Of a stretch of DNA of 64,000 nucleotides, positions 52,575 to 64,000 are shown piece after piece. Under the pieces are notes generated by a model. That model saw only the letters and a program-made list of their open reading frames with translations. It ran no database searches and had not been told where the DNA came from. The DNA comes from Octopus vulgaris (Eukaryota), in NCBI GenBank assembly GCA_951406725.2, contig OX597823.1:116870001-116934000 (forward strand), read 5' to 3'. The translations under genes were made by a program, and so were the position numbers. Every line of letters begins with the position of its first letter. The first letter of the stretch is position 1.

Positions 52575-53510
52575 TTAAAATTTTGGCCCAAGGCCAGCAG
52601 GTTCGGGGAGAGGCTAAGTCAATTCCATTGACACCCCCCCCCCCCACGCCCAATGCTCAACTGATGAAAGGCAAAGTCAACCCTGGTAGCATTTGAACTC
52701 AGAACATAAAGATGCTCAAAATGCCGCTTAGCATTTCACCCAGCGTGCTAATGATTCTGCCAGCTCGCCGTCTTAATAAGAAGAAAAAGAATACCTGCTT
52801 GTCAGGAACAGCAAAAATCATTCGAAAGTACTTGGATGGCTGGGGTCACAGGTGGTGACTTGTTTTCCAAGAAACCCACTTAAATTCCATCATAGGAGTG
52901 AGATATAAAAGATTTTGAAATAATAATGTTGGTAATAATAATAATGATAACAATGAATGATGATGATTTCTTTTATTAGCCACAGGCACATGGATGAGGA
53001 AGACATCACAAAGATGGTCAACAATTTGCATAGGGATTTTCATAAAAGATGCCAGTGGCACATAAAATGCACCATTCAAGTGTGATCGTTACCAGCGTCA
53101 CTTTACTGGCACTTGTTCCTGTGCTTGTAGGGTGCCAAGAGCACCATCTGAGCGTGATCGTTGCCAGAGCGGCTAACTGGCTTCAGTGCCTGTGGCACAT
53201 AAAAGGCACCATTCGAGCATGATCGTTACCAGCGTTGCCTTACTGGCACCTGTGCCGGGGGTATGTGTAAAAAGATTCGAGCAAGGTCGTTGCCAGTACC
53301 GCCTGACTGACCCCCGTGCTTGTGGCACATAAAAAGCACCCACTACATTCTCGGAGTGGTTGGCGTTAGGAAGGGCATCCAGCTGTAGAAACACTGCCAG
53401 ATCAAGACTGAAGCCTGGTGCAGCCATCTGGTTCACTAGCCTTCAGTGAAAATCGTCCAACCCATGCTAGCATGGAAAGCGGCCATTAAACGATGATGAT
53501 GATGATGATG
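52575..53510. mobile_element. Family B SINE (52575-52773, -) and RTE tail with about 5 internal units (53040-53510, +)
   Basis: Family motifs as above. Confidence 0.85.
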
Positions 53511-54081
53511 TGGAGAAAGAAATGGAAAGAAATGGTGAAATGCAATACAAGTATGCATAATATGCAAGAATTCCTGATACAGCAGAAACTCTCATCAGAG
53601 CAAATCAAGGAACCCCACAGATCCACGATTACTTTGAATACGAAAAGCACAAGCTCTCTCTTAACTGCTACTCTCCAATCTATCGGTGTAGGACCATTTT
53701 TGCCACAGTCACCCCTCTTTTAACAAATTCACTGGGAGGTAGTACCTCTCTCTCCACCCTCACTTTCCTTTCCAAGTGGAACTTAAAATAGTCGATGAGG
53801 ATTTGAATGAAGAGGAAGGTGTCTTTCCTCAATCATTTCAGCCTTTTCCACCAATAATAATAATGATGATGGACTCTTCCATTGAAGATAACTTATGAGC
53901 ATTCAGCTTTTGCCAAACAACCTGCGCAAATGATTTGTTTATAGTGATCAAACATATACATACATGCATACATACATTCATACATGCATGCACACATGCA
54001 CACATACACATGCATATACATGCATATACATACATGCACACATACATACATTCATACATGCATACATACAAATTATATAGG

Positions 54082-54280
54082 AGTTATTATCTTGAGGTTT
54101 CTTATTTTGTGTAAAATGTTAGCAAAATATAGGATTGGGAGGGTTTCTGGCCCCATAGGATAACCTTTCAAATGCTAATGCCTTGATAAATGCTCCTAAT
54201 CTACCTGATTGACCATAGGTAAGAAATCCAATCTTGTCATACAGAATACTAGAACAAATTGTAATATATTCCAGAATAAT
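54082..54280 (+). repeat. 199-bp direct repeat, copy 1
   Basis: Matches 55781-55979 except for one C/T difference (atcttgtc vs attttgtc). Confidence 0.9.
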
Positions 54281-54288
54281 TCTAGCAA

Positions 54289-54333
54289 AAACTGTCCGAT
54301 GAACGGCAATGGGAAACTCAGAGTAACAGGTTT
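54289..54333 (+). ncRNA. Degenerate type I hammerhead-like motif
   Basis: AAACUGU-CCGAUGA-ACG(GCAA)UGG-GAAA-CUC A GAG-UA-ACAG(G)UUU; GUA triplet, U4C change, weakened stem II. Confidence 0.55.
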
Positions 54334-54362
54334 TGTTGAATTTTCTGCTGCTTTAAATAAAG

Positions 54363-54394
<32 letters not shown>

Positions 54395-54869
54395 CATATG
54401 TATACATATAAATATATGCATGCACACATACATGCATATACATACATGCACACATACATACATTCATACATGCATGCACACATGCACACATATACATGCA
54501 TATACATACATGCACACATACATACATTCATACATACATACATACATACATACATACATACATACATACATACACACATATACATAAATGGAAAGCAAAG
54601 TTGTATAGAGAAGGCTAGTAATTTTAAAATTGCCGTTAAGAAATTTGAAGTCATAGGGAAAGAGAAGAAGAGAAGGAAGAGAGAAAGAGAATAAAAGGAG
54701 AAATGGAGGTATAAGCAAATAGAAAATAAATGATAGATCAAAAGAAAAGATGGAGGAAAGAATATGAGCCATGAGAAGTAAGAATAAAGATATTATTTGG
54801 TAAGGGGTAGATATTTGAAATAGCTGAAAGAGTGTTTTTTTCTGATGTAAACACCTGTAAACCATATTA

Positions 54870-55420
54870 CTAAAGAATTTGACGAGATTATTTTTAACCT
54901 TTTGTATTTTTTGATTAGAGATATTTTGGGGGTAAAAGAGGCATTTGTGATATAAACCGCCAAGGATATATGGGAATTCGTCAGCCATTTCTGATAGAAT
55001 ATAAATACCAACCAAATCAGCTATTTGGGCTGAGTCAGATGACCCCATAGGTATATTAAAGCAGTCTGGTCGATCTTTTTGAGCCCCAAATTTGTTATCA
55101 AATTCATATAATAGATTTTCTAGCTGTTAAAACAACATCAATTTCATCTCTGGAGAGGCAACTTTATCATGCATGAACCATAGGGCTTTATTAAGGATGA
55201 TGTGTCCACAACCTGGAATATAAATTAAGTTTAAGTTTTTTCCGTTAACAAAGGAATGTACTTAACAAGAATATTTTTGATAAATATTCAGAGCTGGAAG
55301 GACGGATAAGACAAAGAGTTGGGTTATTGAAGAAGTTAGCTTTGTGGTCCTTTAAGACAAAATGGGTTCGCCTTGTATTTAAAGGCTCAGTTTTCATTTG
55401 TAAGTTATATTTTTCCATAT
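54870..55420 (-). pseudogene. Penelope-like element reverse transcriptase fragment
   Basis: HFVLKDHKANFFNNPTLCLIRPSSSE, VLTARKSI, FNIPMGSSDSAQIADLVGIYIL..GGLY match the PLE RT motifs (TLKDHK.NF.NNP.CRLINP; FDV.MGS.DGAE..ELVG.YIL). Confidence 0.8.
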
Positions 55421-55422
55421 TC

Positions 55423-55516
<94 letters not shown>

Positions 55517-55576
55517 TCGCCATGATAGATCGGTAGCCACTACACACATTTTTTTTCTCTCCTTATTTTTTTCTGT

Positions 55577-55618
55577 GTCCCTTTCTGTAGAAGAGCATAG
55601 GCACGAAATGTAAAAGAC
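55577..55618 (+). ncRNA. Degenerate HHR in an inverted pLTR-like piece (55513-55710) upstream of the PLE RT
   Basis: CUUU-CUGUAGA-A-GAGC(AUAG)GCAC-GAAA-UG-UA-AAAG; core A6U change and a stem II mismatch. Confidence 0.45.
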
Positions 55619-55780
55619 TTTTTCAGTTCCTGAGCATTATACTAATACATCTATTTGTTTTGTACACCACCTGCCTTTGTCTTTTGTTTTTTTCATGAAC
55701 TCTCCCTATATACATATAGACACATCTTACAATTATCTAGTTTCAACGGAACAATCTAGGCCCATCTAAAATTATATATT

Positions 55781-55979
55781 AGTTATTATCTTGAGGTTTC
55801 TTATTTTGTGTAAAATGTTAGCAAAATATAGGATTGGGAGGGTTTCTGGCCCCATAGGATAACCTTTCAAATGCTAATGCCTTGATAAATGCTCCTAATC
55901 TACCTGATTGACCATAGGTAAGAAATCCAATTTTGTCATACAGAATACTAGAACAAATTGTAATATATTCCAGAATAAT
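55781..55979 (+). repeat. 199-bp direct repeat, copy 2
   Basis: See copy 1. Confidence 0.9.
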
Positions 55980-56519
55980 ACAATGTACTGCTACCTGGTC
56001 TAACTCATGCTGATATGGAACATGGGATAGTAAAGCAGTCTTGATGAGGATGAATTTATGCAGAACCGGAAGCATAACCAAATGGTTAAGTCCACTTCAC
56101 AGTCATGAGTTACCTGGCTTGATCCCAGTCTATGGTATCTTGGTAAAGTGTTAGGTAAGCCTAAACCTTGTGACTGAAATAAGATAGAGGAAAATATGTG
56201 GAAGCCTGTGGAATGGATTACATCTATAATTCAAATGTACACTCTAGTCACACTGTGTCATGTTGATTCTACTGAAGTATTACAATTAAGTGTACATGTA
56301 TCTGCAGAATACTCAGTCACTCATGTGTTAATTGGATGTGCTGCATATTCTGGTGATCAAACAACTGAATGCTTGTCATCAAAACCAACAGAGGTTCCTT
56401 CATAAAGGAATCAAGATCCATTATTCTTTTATAAACTGAGAGAGGAGAGACACTTTTGATCAAAATTTTGGGTAATGAGTCAACCAGCAGACAAATAAAT
56501 TTTAATTCCACTGACGCGC

Positions 56520-57470
56520 ACCCATGCTAGCAGAGTGCAAAGAGTACCATATGAGTGTGATCGTTGACAGAGCGGCTAACCAGCTTCTGTGCCAGTGGCA
56601 CATAAAAGGCACCATTTGATTGTGATTGTTACCAGCGTCACCTTACTGGCACTTGTGCCCCATGCTAAAAGGGTGCTAAGAGCACCATCCGAGCATGATC
56701 GTTGCCAGAGCAGCTAATTGGCTTCCATGCCGGTGGCACATAAAAGCACCCACTACACTCTCGGAGTGGTTGGTGTTACGAAGGGCATCCAGCTGTAGAA
56801 ACACTGCCAGATCAAGACTGGAGCCTGGTGCAGCCATCTGGTTTGCTAGCCCTCAGTCAAACCGTCCAACCCATGCTAGCATGGAAAGCGGACGTTAAAA
56901 GACGATGATGATTATGAATTTTCTTCAGAGTCACAGTTTAACTTTTTCTCTGTCCAAAGCATTTTCATAAGATTCTCTGAAGCATCCATGCTTCTTTTCA
57001 GACTTTTGGTTAGTTTTTGTGCCATTCACACTGAGTAATATAAAGCTTTCTTTCCATAAATCCCAAGTTATTGTGGCTGTTGAAAATAAATTGTGAATGT
57101 GTGTCACACACGATACATGGATGCCAAGGAAACGTGTCCTGTGATGCTAATCTGAATTTCCGTTGGTTACGACAACAAGGGTTCCAGTTGATCCAATCAT
57201 TGGAGCAGCCTGCTCGTGAAACTAACCTGCAAGGGGCTGAGCACTGCAGAGACATGTGTACCCTTAATGTAGTTCTCAGGGAGATTCAATGTGACACAGA
57301 ATGTGACAAGGCTGGCCCCTTTGAAATATAGGTGCTTCTCGTTTTTGCCATTTGAGTGAACTGGAGCAACATGAAATAAAGTGTCTTGCTCAAGGATACA
57401 ATGCCTCACCAGGGATTGAACTTATGACCTTATGATTGTGAGCCAAATAACTTAACCACTAAGCCATGTG
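56520..57470. mobile_element. RTE tail (56520-56910, +) and family D SINE (57095-57470, -)
   Basis: Family motifs as above. Confidence 0.8.
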
Positions 57471-58204
57471 CCCTGATTCATGTGATACACAGGACAGGCA
57501 AAGAGTTAACTCTCACAACTTCTGTATACTTAGCTATAAACGGGGATCCTGTATGACCGAGTCCTTTGTTTTGTGTAACTTTAGTAACTAACGACACTTA
57601 AACTCTTAACTGCATTAATTAACAGTATTTGGCTGAGGTCTTATTGTTTGAAGTCTATAAATGAGACATGGGGCAGTGTTCCACCACAATACTCTCAATA
57701 AATTGATGGTTAGTAATATACAATATACAGTAAATTGGTAGAGAGAGGAAAAGAGAGAGAGAGGGAGATTATTTTCTTCATCACTGTGCATCTTTATCAC
57801 TGTGCAGAGACAATCACCTGTAGAAAAATATTTATCTGATCTGACATTGAATGAATATTCATGAGTTTTCTGATTTAACCAGCCAGTGCTCTATGAATGC
57901 AAAATAAGAATAAAGACGATGCTAATAGTGAGAGAGAAGAATTTTTTTTCTTAAATCATTCAATCACAATTGAAAAGATTTAGAAGGAATTCTAAGGAAA
58001 AAGAAAAGAAAAAGAAAACAGACAAAATGCTTTTGCTTTTAAAATTCATACAACTGATTAAAATTGCAGATCAAATCTGTCCTGCTATGAAGATATGAAT
58101 ATAAAATAATAAATAAAAAAAATGATGATAGGTAATAAATATCTGATATCATGGCTGGGAAGTTTGGCTTCAGAATAACAATAATGTTTATCGGCATTAT
58201 CATC

Positions 58205-58730
58205 ATCTAACATGTATTTTTTCAAGTTTGCATGGGTTGGACAGGTGTTTTTGCCAGTTCAATATCTTGTGACTAGGTGTAGTCCTCTGTCATTTTCTTT
58301 ATGGGAGTCAACCTCCAAGCATCATCTTTCACCACTTTTTCCACTATCTTCTTCCATTCTCCTCTTCTTCTTCTTCTTAAATGACTTAGCACTTCCATAC
58401 TCTACTAACATCTTCCATACGCATCACATATCTATACTAGCCCGGTCTTCCCTCTTGTACCCTGCTTCTAATTCCTCACATATCCACCTTTCTCTCAGAT
58501 CATTTCTAATCTGTCATTCATGCTTCCTTACATCACACATCCGGATCATTCTCACCTTCTTCCTTTCCAGCCACTGAACACTCTTTTCGTTTATAGCTCG
58601 TGTTACATTATCATGCAACATTACACTTGATACACAGGCACCATACAATGCACCCTCGACTTAAAAAGACAATCCCTCATGTTGCCAACAAAGGTAATAA
58701 CTCCTTGGACTTTGCCACCACATTTTCCAA
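58205..58730 (-). mobile_element. Decayed RTE LINE 3' fragment
   Basis: The reverse complement resembles ELLPLL..KG.SLR..G.LY.ACV.S.MLH and the downstream RTE C-terminus. Confidence 0.65.
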
Positions 58731-58995
58731 AGTACATTTTTTTCTAAAAATTACCCAATTCTTTAAAAAAGTTTCTTTCAACTAGTTTTCATTTATTTCT
58801 TATTTCTCCTTTTCTTTTTCTAATCTGACTGACTTATAACTGTTTGGATTTCCCATTTATCCCCCGATCTCACATGTGATATAAAAGGCATCGAGAGAGC
58901 TACATTGCTACTATTTACGGTCTACACTCATGATATGGCCTCAACTCAGCTGTGTTATTCCTGACATTTTATTTCTGAGAATTATGCTGCTTACC

Positions 58996-59030
<35 letters not shown>

Positions 59031-59061
59031 GATGATGATGATGATGTATGTATATATGTAC

Positions 59062-59096
<35 letters not shown>

Positions 59097-60014
59097 CATA
59101 CATACACACACATATATATATATATGCAAGTGTCCTCTACTATAGACTTGGGACAACCAAAGCCTTGTGAGTGGAATTGGTTGACGGAAACTGAAAGAAG
59201 CCTGTCGTATATATGTGTATATATGTGTGTGTGTATGTGTTTGTGTGTCTGTATCCCCCCCCCCCAACATCACTTGACAACTGATGCTGGTGTATTTACA
59301 TTCCTGTAACTTAGCTGTTCGGCAAAAGACACTGATAGAATAAGTACTAGGCATACAAAGAATAAGTCCTGGGGTCGATTTGCTCGACTAAAGGCAATGC
59401 TCCAGCATGGCCACAGTCAAATGACTGAAACAAGTAAAAGAGTAAAAGAGCAAAGTGTATGTGTGTACACAAAGACTTACACACATACATGCATACATGA
59501 ATATATATATATACATACATATATATGTATGAATGTGTGTGTGGCTATGTGTGTATAAAAGTGGGTTTGGAGGGATATATTATCTGGGAAGATACCGTAT
59601 CAGCTCTCAGTTGAGTTCCAGTTAATGGCTAACCACAGTGATCAGTATTTATGTCTGTGACTACAAATTGCTGTTAGTCACTCGGTGAATCCTTCTGATG
59701 GGTAATTTCGTGTACTCTTTGCTGAAGCAGGAATATGTATGGGTGATTATAATATGCTGTATATAACTATAAAATAAATTCTGTGGATGTACTCTTTATT
59801 ATAAACATTTATATACATAGGTGCAGGAGTGGCTGTATGGTAAGTAGCTTGCTTACCAATCACATGGTTCTGGGTTCAGTCCCACTGCATGGCACCTTGG
59901 GCAAGTGTCTTCTACTATAGCCACGGGCTAACCAGAGCCTTGTGAGTGTATTTAGTAGACAGAAACTAAAGGAAGCCTGTCGTATGAATATATATGTATA
60001 TATATATATATTTA

Positions 60015-60505
60015 ATGTAGGATAAAATTTTTTTTGAAAAAAAAAATTTTATCAATGGCCAGCATATTAAAAAATACATTTAAAGGTTAAAATTATAAAC
60101 AACTTATAAATAAGGGCAAAGGAAAAAATTTCTAATGCCAAATATGCCGAAAATTGGATATATTGTCCATTACCATATAATTTTTCACAATATGCACGCT
60201 ACTCAAAAAAAGGTCGACAGAAATTTCTAAAAAATTCCATTATTACCATATCGGACCGATTTTAGGGTTAGTTCATAAGAACCCTCCCTTCGTCAGTGAT
60301 AAATGTGGCAATGAAATAAATGAGATACTTACTCATACCCATGGAAGAAGTGATATGGTAATAATGGAATTTTTTTAGAAATTTCTGTCGGCTTTTTTTC
60401 GAGTAGCGTGCGTATTGTGAAAAATTTTATGGTAATGGACAATATGTCCAATTTTCGGCATATTTGGCATTAGAAATTTTTTCGTTTGCCCTTATTTATA
60501 AGTTG

Positions 60506-60506
<1 letters not shown>
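60015..60506 (-). mobile_element. PLE-pLTR-like foldback: ~155-bp inverted arms (60099-60253 / 60351-60506) with an HHR between them
   Basis: The arms are reverse complements; (TA)n on both flanks. Confidence 0.8.
60249..60301 (-). ncRNA. Degenerate type I hammerhead
   Basis: UAUCA-CUGACGA-AGGG(AG GGUUC UUAU GAACU AA)CCCU-AAAA-UCGG-UC-CGAUA; three transitions away from GAAA-CCGG-UC-UGAUA. Confidence 0.6.
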
Positions 60507-60536
<30 letters not shown>

Positions 60537-60714
60537 AAATGTGTGTTTGTTTGTGTGTCTATGTTTATCCTCCCCACCATCGCTTGATGGTGTTTACGTC
60601 CCTGTAATTTAGTAGTTCAGCCAAAGAGACTGATAAAATAAGTACTAGGCTTAAAGTACTATTATTTACATTATTTACAATTGACGGATATTTGTCCTCA
60701 TCATGTTTGTTGTC

Positions 60715-60760
60715 AATACAACGTTTCAGCTGAGATACCCGCCAGCCTTCATCAGGTGTC
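60715..60760 (-). ncRNA. HHR of the 49984 family in a single-arm insert (60655-60800)
   Basis: GACAC-CUGAUGA-A-GGCUG(GCGGGUAUCU)CAGCU-GAAACG-UU-GUAUU. Confidence 0.7.
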
Positions 60761-61326
60761 TTGGGGAAATTTCGAACCTGGGTTCTCATTCCTAAGGTTA
60801 GTCATTTATATTTATGTGTGTCTTTGTGTCTGTATTTGTCCTCCACCACTGCTTAACAACCATTGTTGATGTGATTACATCCATGTAACTTAGCAGTTCA
60901 GCAAAAGAAACCAATAAAATATGTACCATGCTCAAAAGAAAATATATATAAGTATTGCAGCTGATTAATTCAACTAAAGATTTTTCAGTGCCCCAGCATG
61001 GCCACAGTCTAAGAACTGAAACATGTAGAAGATAAAAGTCAGTGAAAAAGTAAAAGACCGTGAACATGAACTTTATAGTTTCCTAGACTCAAGGGTGGAG
61101 AGGAAGAAATCACCCTCGAACCAGACACCTGGTTCAAATGCTCTCAATGGAGTGGATTCTGGTAAAGAAAAGATACAGAAAAAAAGAAAAAATCAAGAAC
61201 CAAGTTTACCTGTAAGCTTACACCCAAGAAAAGCAGATATTTCTAAAATCAGCTTGAATAAGAGATATTTACCAAGATAACAGTTTAATATTATGTGAGA
61301 AATGGATTCACGGTAGATGTACGAAA

Positions 61327-62030
61327 ATGCAGAAGGTGACCCCAGGACTGGCAAGAGAGTTTGTTTGTGGAAGGTGGGAGAATGGAGGTGGAGGGCTGGC
61401 GGAACCAGTGGAAATGCTATGTGACGAGGTGGAATTGGTGAGAGGGTTTTGTTATTTAGGAGATAGGGTGGATGTAAGTGGTGGATGTGAAACAGCTGTA
61501 ACAGTAGGAGCGAGACATGGCTGGGTGAAGTTCAGGGAATGTGGAGTGTTGTTATTTGGGAAAAGGTTCTCATTAAATATGAAAGGAAGGGTCTATAAGA
61601 GTTGTGTGAGACATGGTGTCTGAGGGAGAGAGAGATGGTAATTTAGAGAAGGACTGAGAGAGAGCAATGGTGAGAGAAATGTGGAGTGATAAGAGGAGGA
61701 CTGAGGACTTGATGGGGATGCTGGGGTTGGAGGAATCGGTGGAATGGTTGGCAAGGGCGAATGGAGTGGTGGTGGTATGGGCATGTGTTGAGGAGGGATG
61801 AGGAACGTGTTCTGAGGAGGGTGATTGCATTTGAGGTAAATGGAGTGTGAAAGTGAGATAGACCGAGGAAAATGTGGAGGGGACAGGTGGAGGAGGAGGA
61901 GGATATTGGGAGGGTTGGCTTGAGAAGGGAGGACACCCAAAACTGGGCAAGATGGTATGAGGGTGGTTGTTATGGCATTGAGGTAGATGCAGCTACCCCC
62001 ATAAACAGGGACAAAACCCGGATTTAAAAC
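61327..62030 (+). mobile_element. Decayed RTE LINE 3' fragment
   Basis: ELVRGFCYLGD..GGCETAV..GWVKFRE..FSLNMKGRVYKSCVR, then WYGHV- and RP-like remnants. Confidence 0.8.
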
Positions 62031-62037
62031 ACTGGAT

Positions 62038-62068
<31 letters not shown>

Positions 62069-62482
62069 ATATATTATTCCACTTCATATGATTTCACTAG
62101 AATTTCTCCAATTTTGTTTCATTAGAATTTTAAAAATATTTCCTTTAATCAATCATGTATTCATTGTTTTCTCACAACTAGGAAAATATCTTACATATAT
62201 TTCTCCATAAGTTTAAGTTCGGAACAGACATAGACAACCTTTTTTTTTGAGGAACACGCCACATGGGACATGAACCATGAGACATGGTTCATCATCAGGT
62301 AGAAAACTAAAAGTTGGCCATCCAAAAGCTTTCCAGAAGATAATTTCTGTAAATCTTATATTATTGACTTCTGATGGTGAAACAAAGGCTCAGCGGATGT
62401 AGGGCACTGCTCATATGGCCTTCATTTCAAAGAATACTACATAGCCAATGTACTTTTGCTGCTGACCAAAATAGATAAAACA

Positions 62483-62872
62483 GGCTGTGTGGTAAGTAGC
62501 TTGCTTACCAACCACATGGTTCCGGGTTCCGGATTCAGTCCCACCTCGGGCAAGTGTCTTCTACTATAGCCTCGGGCCAACCAAAGCCTTGTGAGTGGAT
62601 TTGGTAGACGGAAACTGAAAGAAACCCGTCGTATATATGTATATGTATATATGTATGTGTGTGTGTATATGTTTGGTGTCTGTGTTTGTCCCCCCAACAT
62701 TGCTTGACAACCGATGCTGGTGTATTTACGTCCCTGTAACTTAGCAGTTTGGCAAAAGAGACCGATAGAATAAATACTAGGCTTACAAAGAATAAGTCCT
62801 GGGGTCAATTTGCTTGATTAAAGGCGGTGCTCCAGCATGACCACAGTCAAATGACTGAAACAAGTAAAAAGA
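62483..62872 (+). mobile_element. tRNA-SINE family A, full length
   Basis: Head, core, internal microsatellite and tail are all present. Confidence 0.9.
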
Positions 62873-64000
62873 AAGCCAATTGGGGTGTCTCTAAAGTATT
62901 GTTTGATTTCCTTGAAATAGCAGCTAAATTTTGATTCATATAACACAATACAGATTTTAAAAAACAAACACATTGCAGCATATAGTCCTTGATACACTAT
63001 GCCTGATCAAAACTTTACTGTTATATTATGGTTGCAATGCCTTTGATCTATTCAGTGATGGCTTACCCAAAACTAAACAACAAAAACAATGTAACTTTAC
63101 TTGCTCCAGTGTATCTGAACCTACAAAACACAAGAAGTTGCTCTTCTTATTCCATAGCTGTCAACAATATCAAGAGAATGCAGCTGTAAACACAATTCTT
63201 TCAACAAATAAACCATCCCACTCACTAAAACACAGAAAATAGATGGAAACAAGGCAACAAAAACAAGAACAAATATTCTTCTACACTATCAAATTTCTAG
63301 TAAATCATATTTCATCTTAATCATATTATTTCTAACCATGTTAAAACTAGCCTTGCTAGCTGAGTGAATAAATCTACCCTGGAAAGCAGATTTATCAGAA
63401 TCTAAGAGAGAGTGAGAGAATGGAAGAGAAAAAGAAAGAAAAAAAAGAAAACATCCATTTTACTTGAGAAATTCTAAAACCTTGCTTTACAGCAAATAAT
63501 TATTTAATTTCCAACTGTGTCCTGCCAGAAGAAAGTGAAAAATATATGAACAAATTTTCCTTTTAATAAAATATGCATTTGTAAACAGCTGTGTTATTAG
63601 AAAATCGCATTTTCCTGTCCCCTATTTTTATTTTCAAATCATCTTTTGTTTTATACAAAAATATAGCACACACACACATACACACACACACACACACATG
63701 AAAATATACATCAGCATCTTCCTTCTACATCAATTTTTTCCATGCTTGTGTGGGTTGGACAAGTCATCAACAGTACAACATCTTGCCATTTGTTGCAGTT
63801 TTTCATCATCTCTTTCATGAAGTTTAAACTCCTGACATCAGTTTCACAACTTTTGCTTATCTTTCTTGTTTGCTACCCCTAGAGAGTGTTTCCAATTTGA
63901 TTGCTTGCCACTTCGCTCAACTCCTATCCTCCAGTGCAGTTTTCTCTCTGATGTGCTAAACTAGTCATATATAATATATTGAACAAAATGACATAAAAAA

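Larger units (their letters stand above)
59125..61045 (+). mobile_element. Family A SINEs (59125-59450; 59820-59995 with 60540-60655; 60800-61045) hosting HHR inserts
   Basis: SINE halves flank the 60015-60506 and 60655-60800 inserts. Confidence 0.75.

Noticed and set aside
57615-57822. DCLC-x11-NLPL resemblance to transportin-3 after a strong minus-strand acceptor
   Set aside because: The match is confined to a few residues and runs into a (CT)n tract; likely coincidence.
61087-61161. 75-nt plus-strand exon candidate (cctag|...|GTAAAG) open in all frames
   Set aside because: No partner exons and no recognisable peptide.
62260-62305. Minus-strand CUGAUGA followed by a perfect 9-bp hairpin
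   Set aside because: The hairpin is followed by UGUC rather than GAAA, and there is no stem I/III, so it is not a hammerhead.

Overview
Eukaryotic, AT-rich, repeat-saturated DNA. The microsatellite load and the tRNA-SINE families look like an octopus/coleoid cephalopod intron or intergenic region (inferred from repeat content, not from a database match). No host protein-coding gene can be called with confidence, and most ORFs in the track are translations of microsatellites. Recognisable content: a CR1/L2-like LINE with an uninterrupted RT ORF (42.5-44.1 kb), a disrupted RTE LINE carrying a PHD finger (44.9-47.6 kb), other RTE, R4-like and Penelope remnants, mariner and piggyBac-like MITEs, and dozens of SINEs from about four families. 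The most notable signal is a set of hammerhead-ribozyme (HHR) repeats: about six sequence-unrelated minimal type I HHR families in 64 kb. They include a near-perfect 5.7 x 362-bp tandem array whose core has a compensatory U3-A8 pair and which ends in an inverted tail (retrozyme/circRNA-like), a 484-bp palindrome joining a tRNA-like head to two opposed HHRs, and a foldback whose inverted arm starts exactly at the predicted cleavage site. Most sit in TA/AAT microsatellites, and four show the head-to-head geometry typical of Penelope-like element (PLE) insertions. All structures were folded by eye; SINE and remnant boundaries are approximate.
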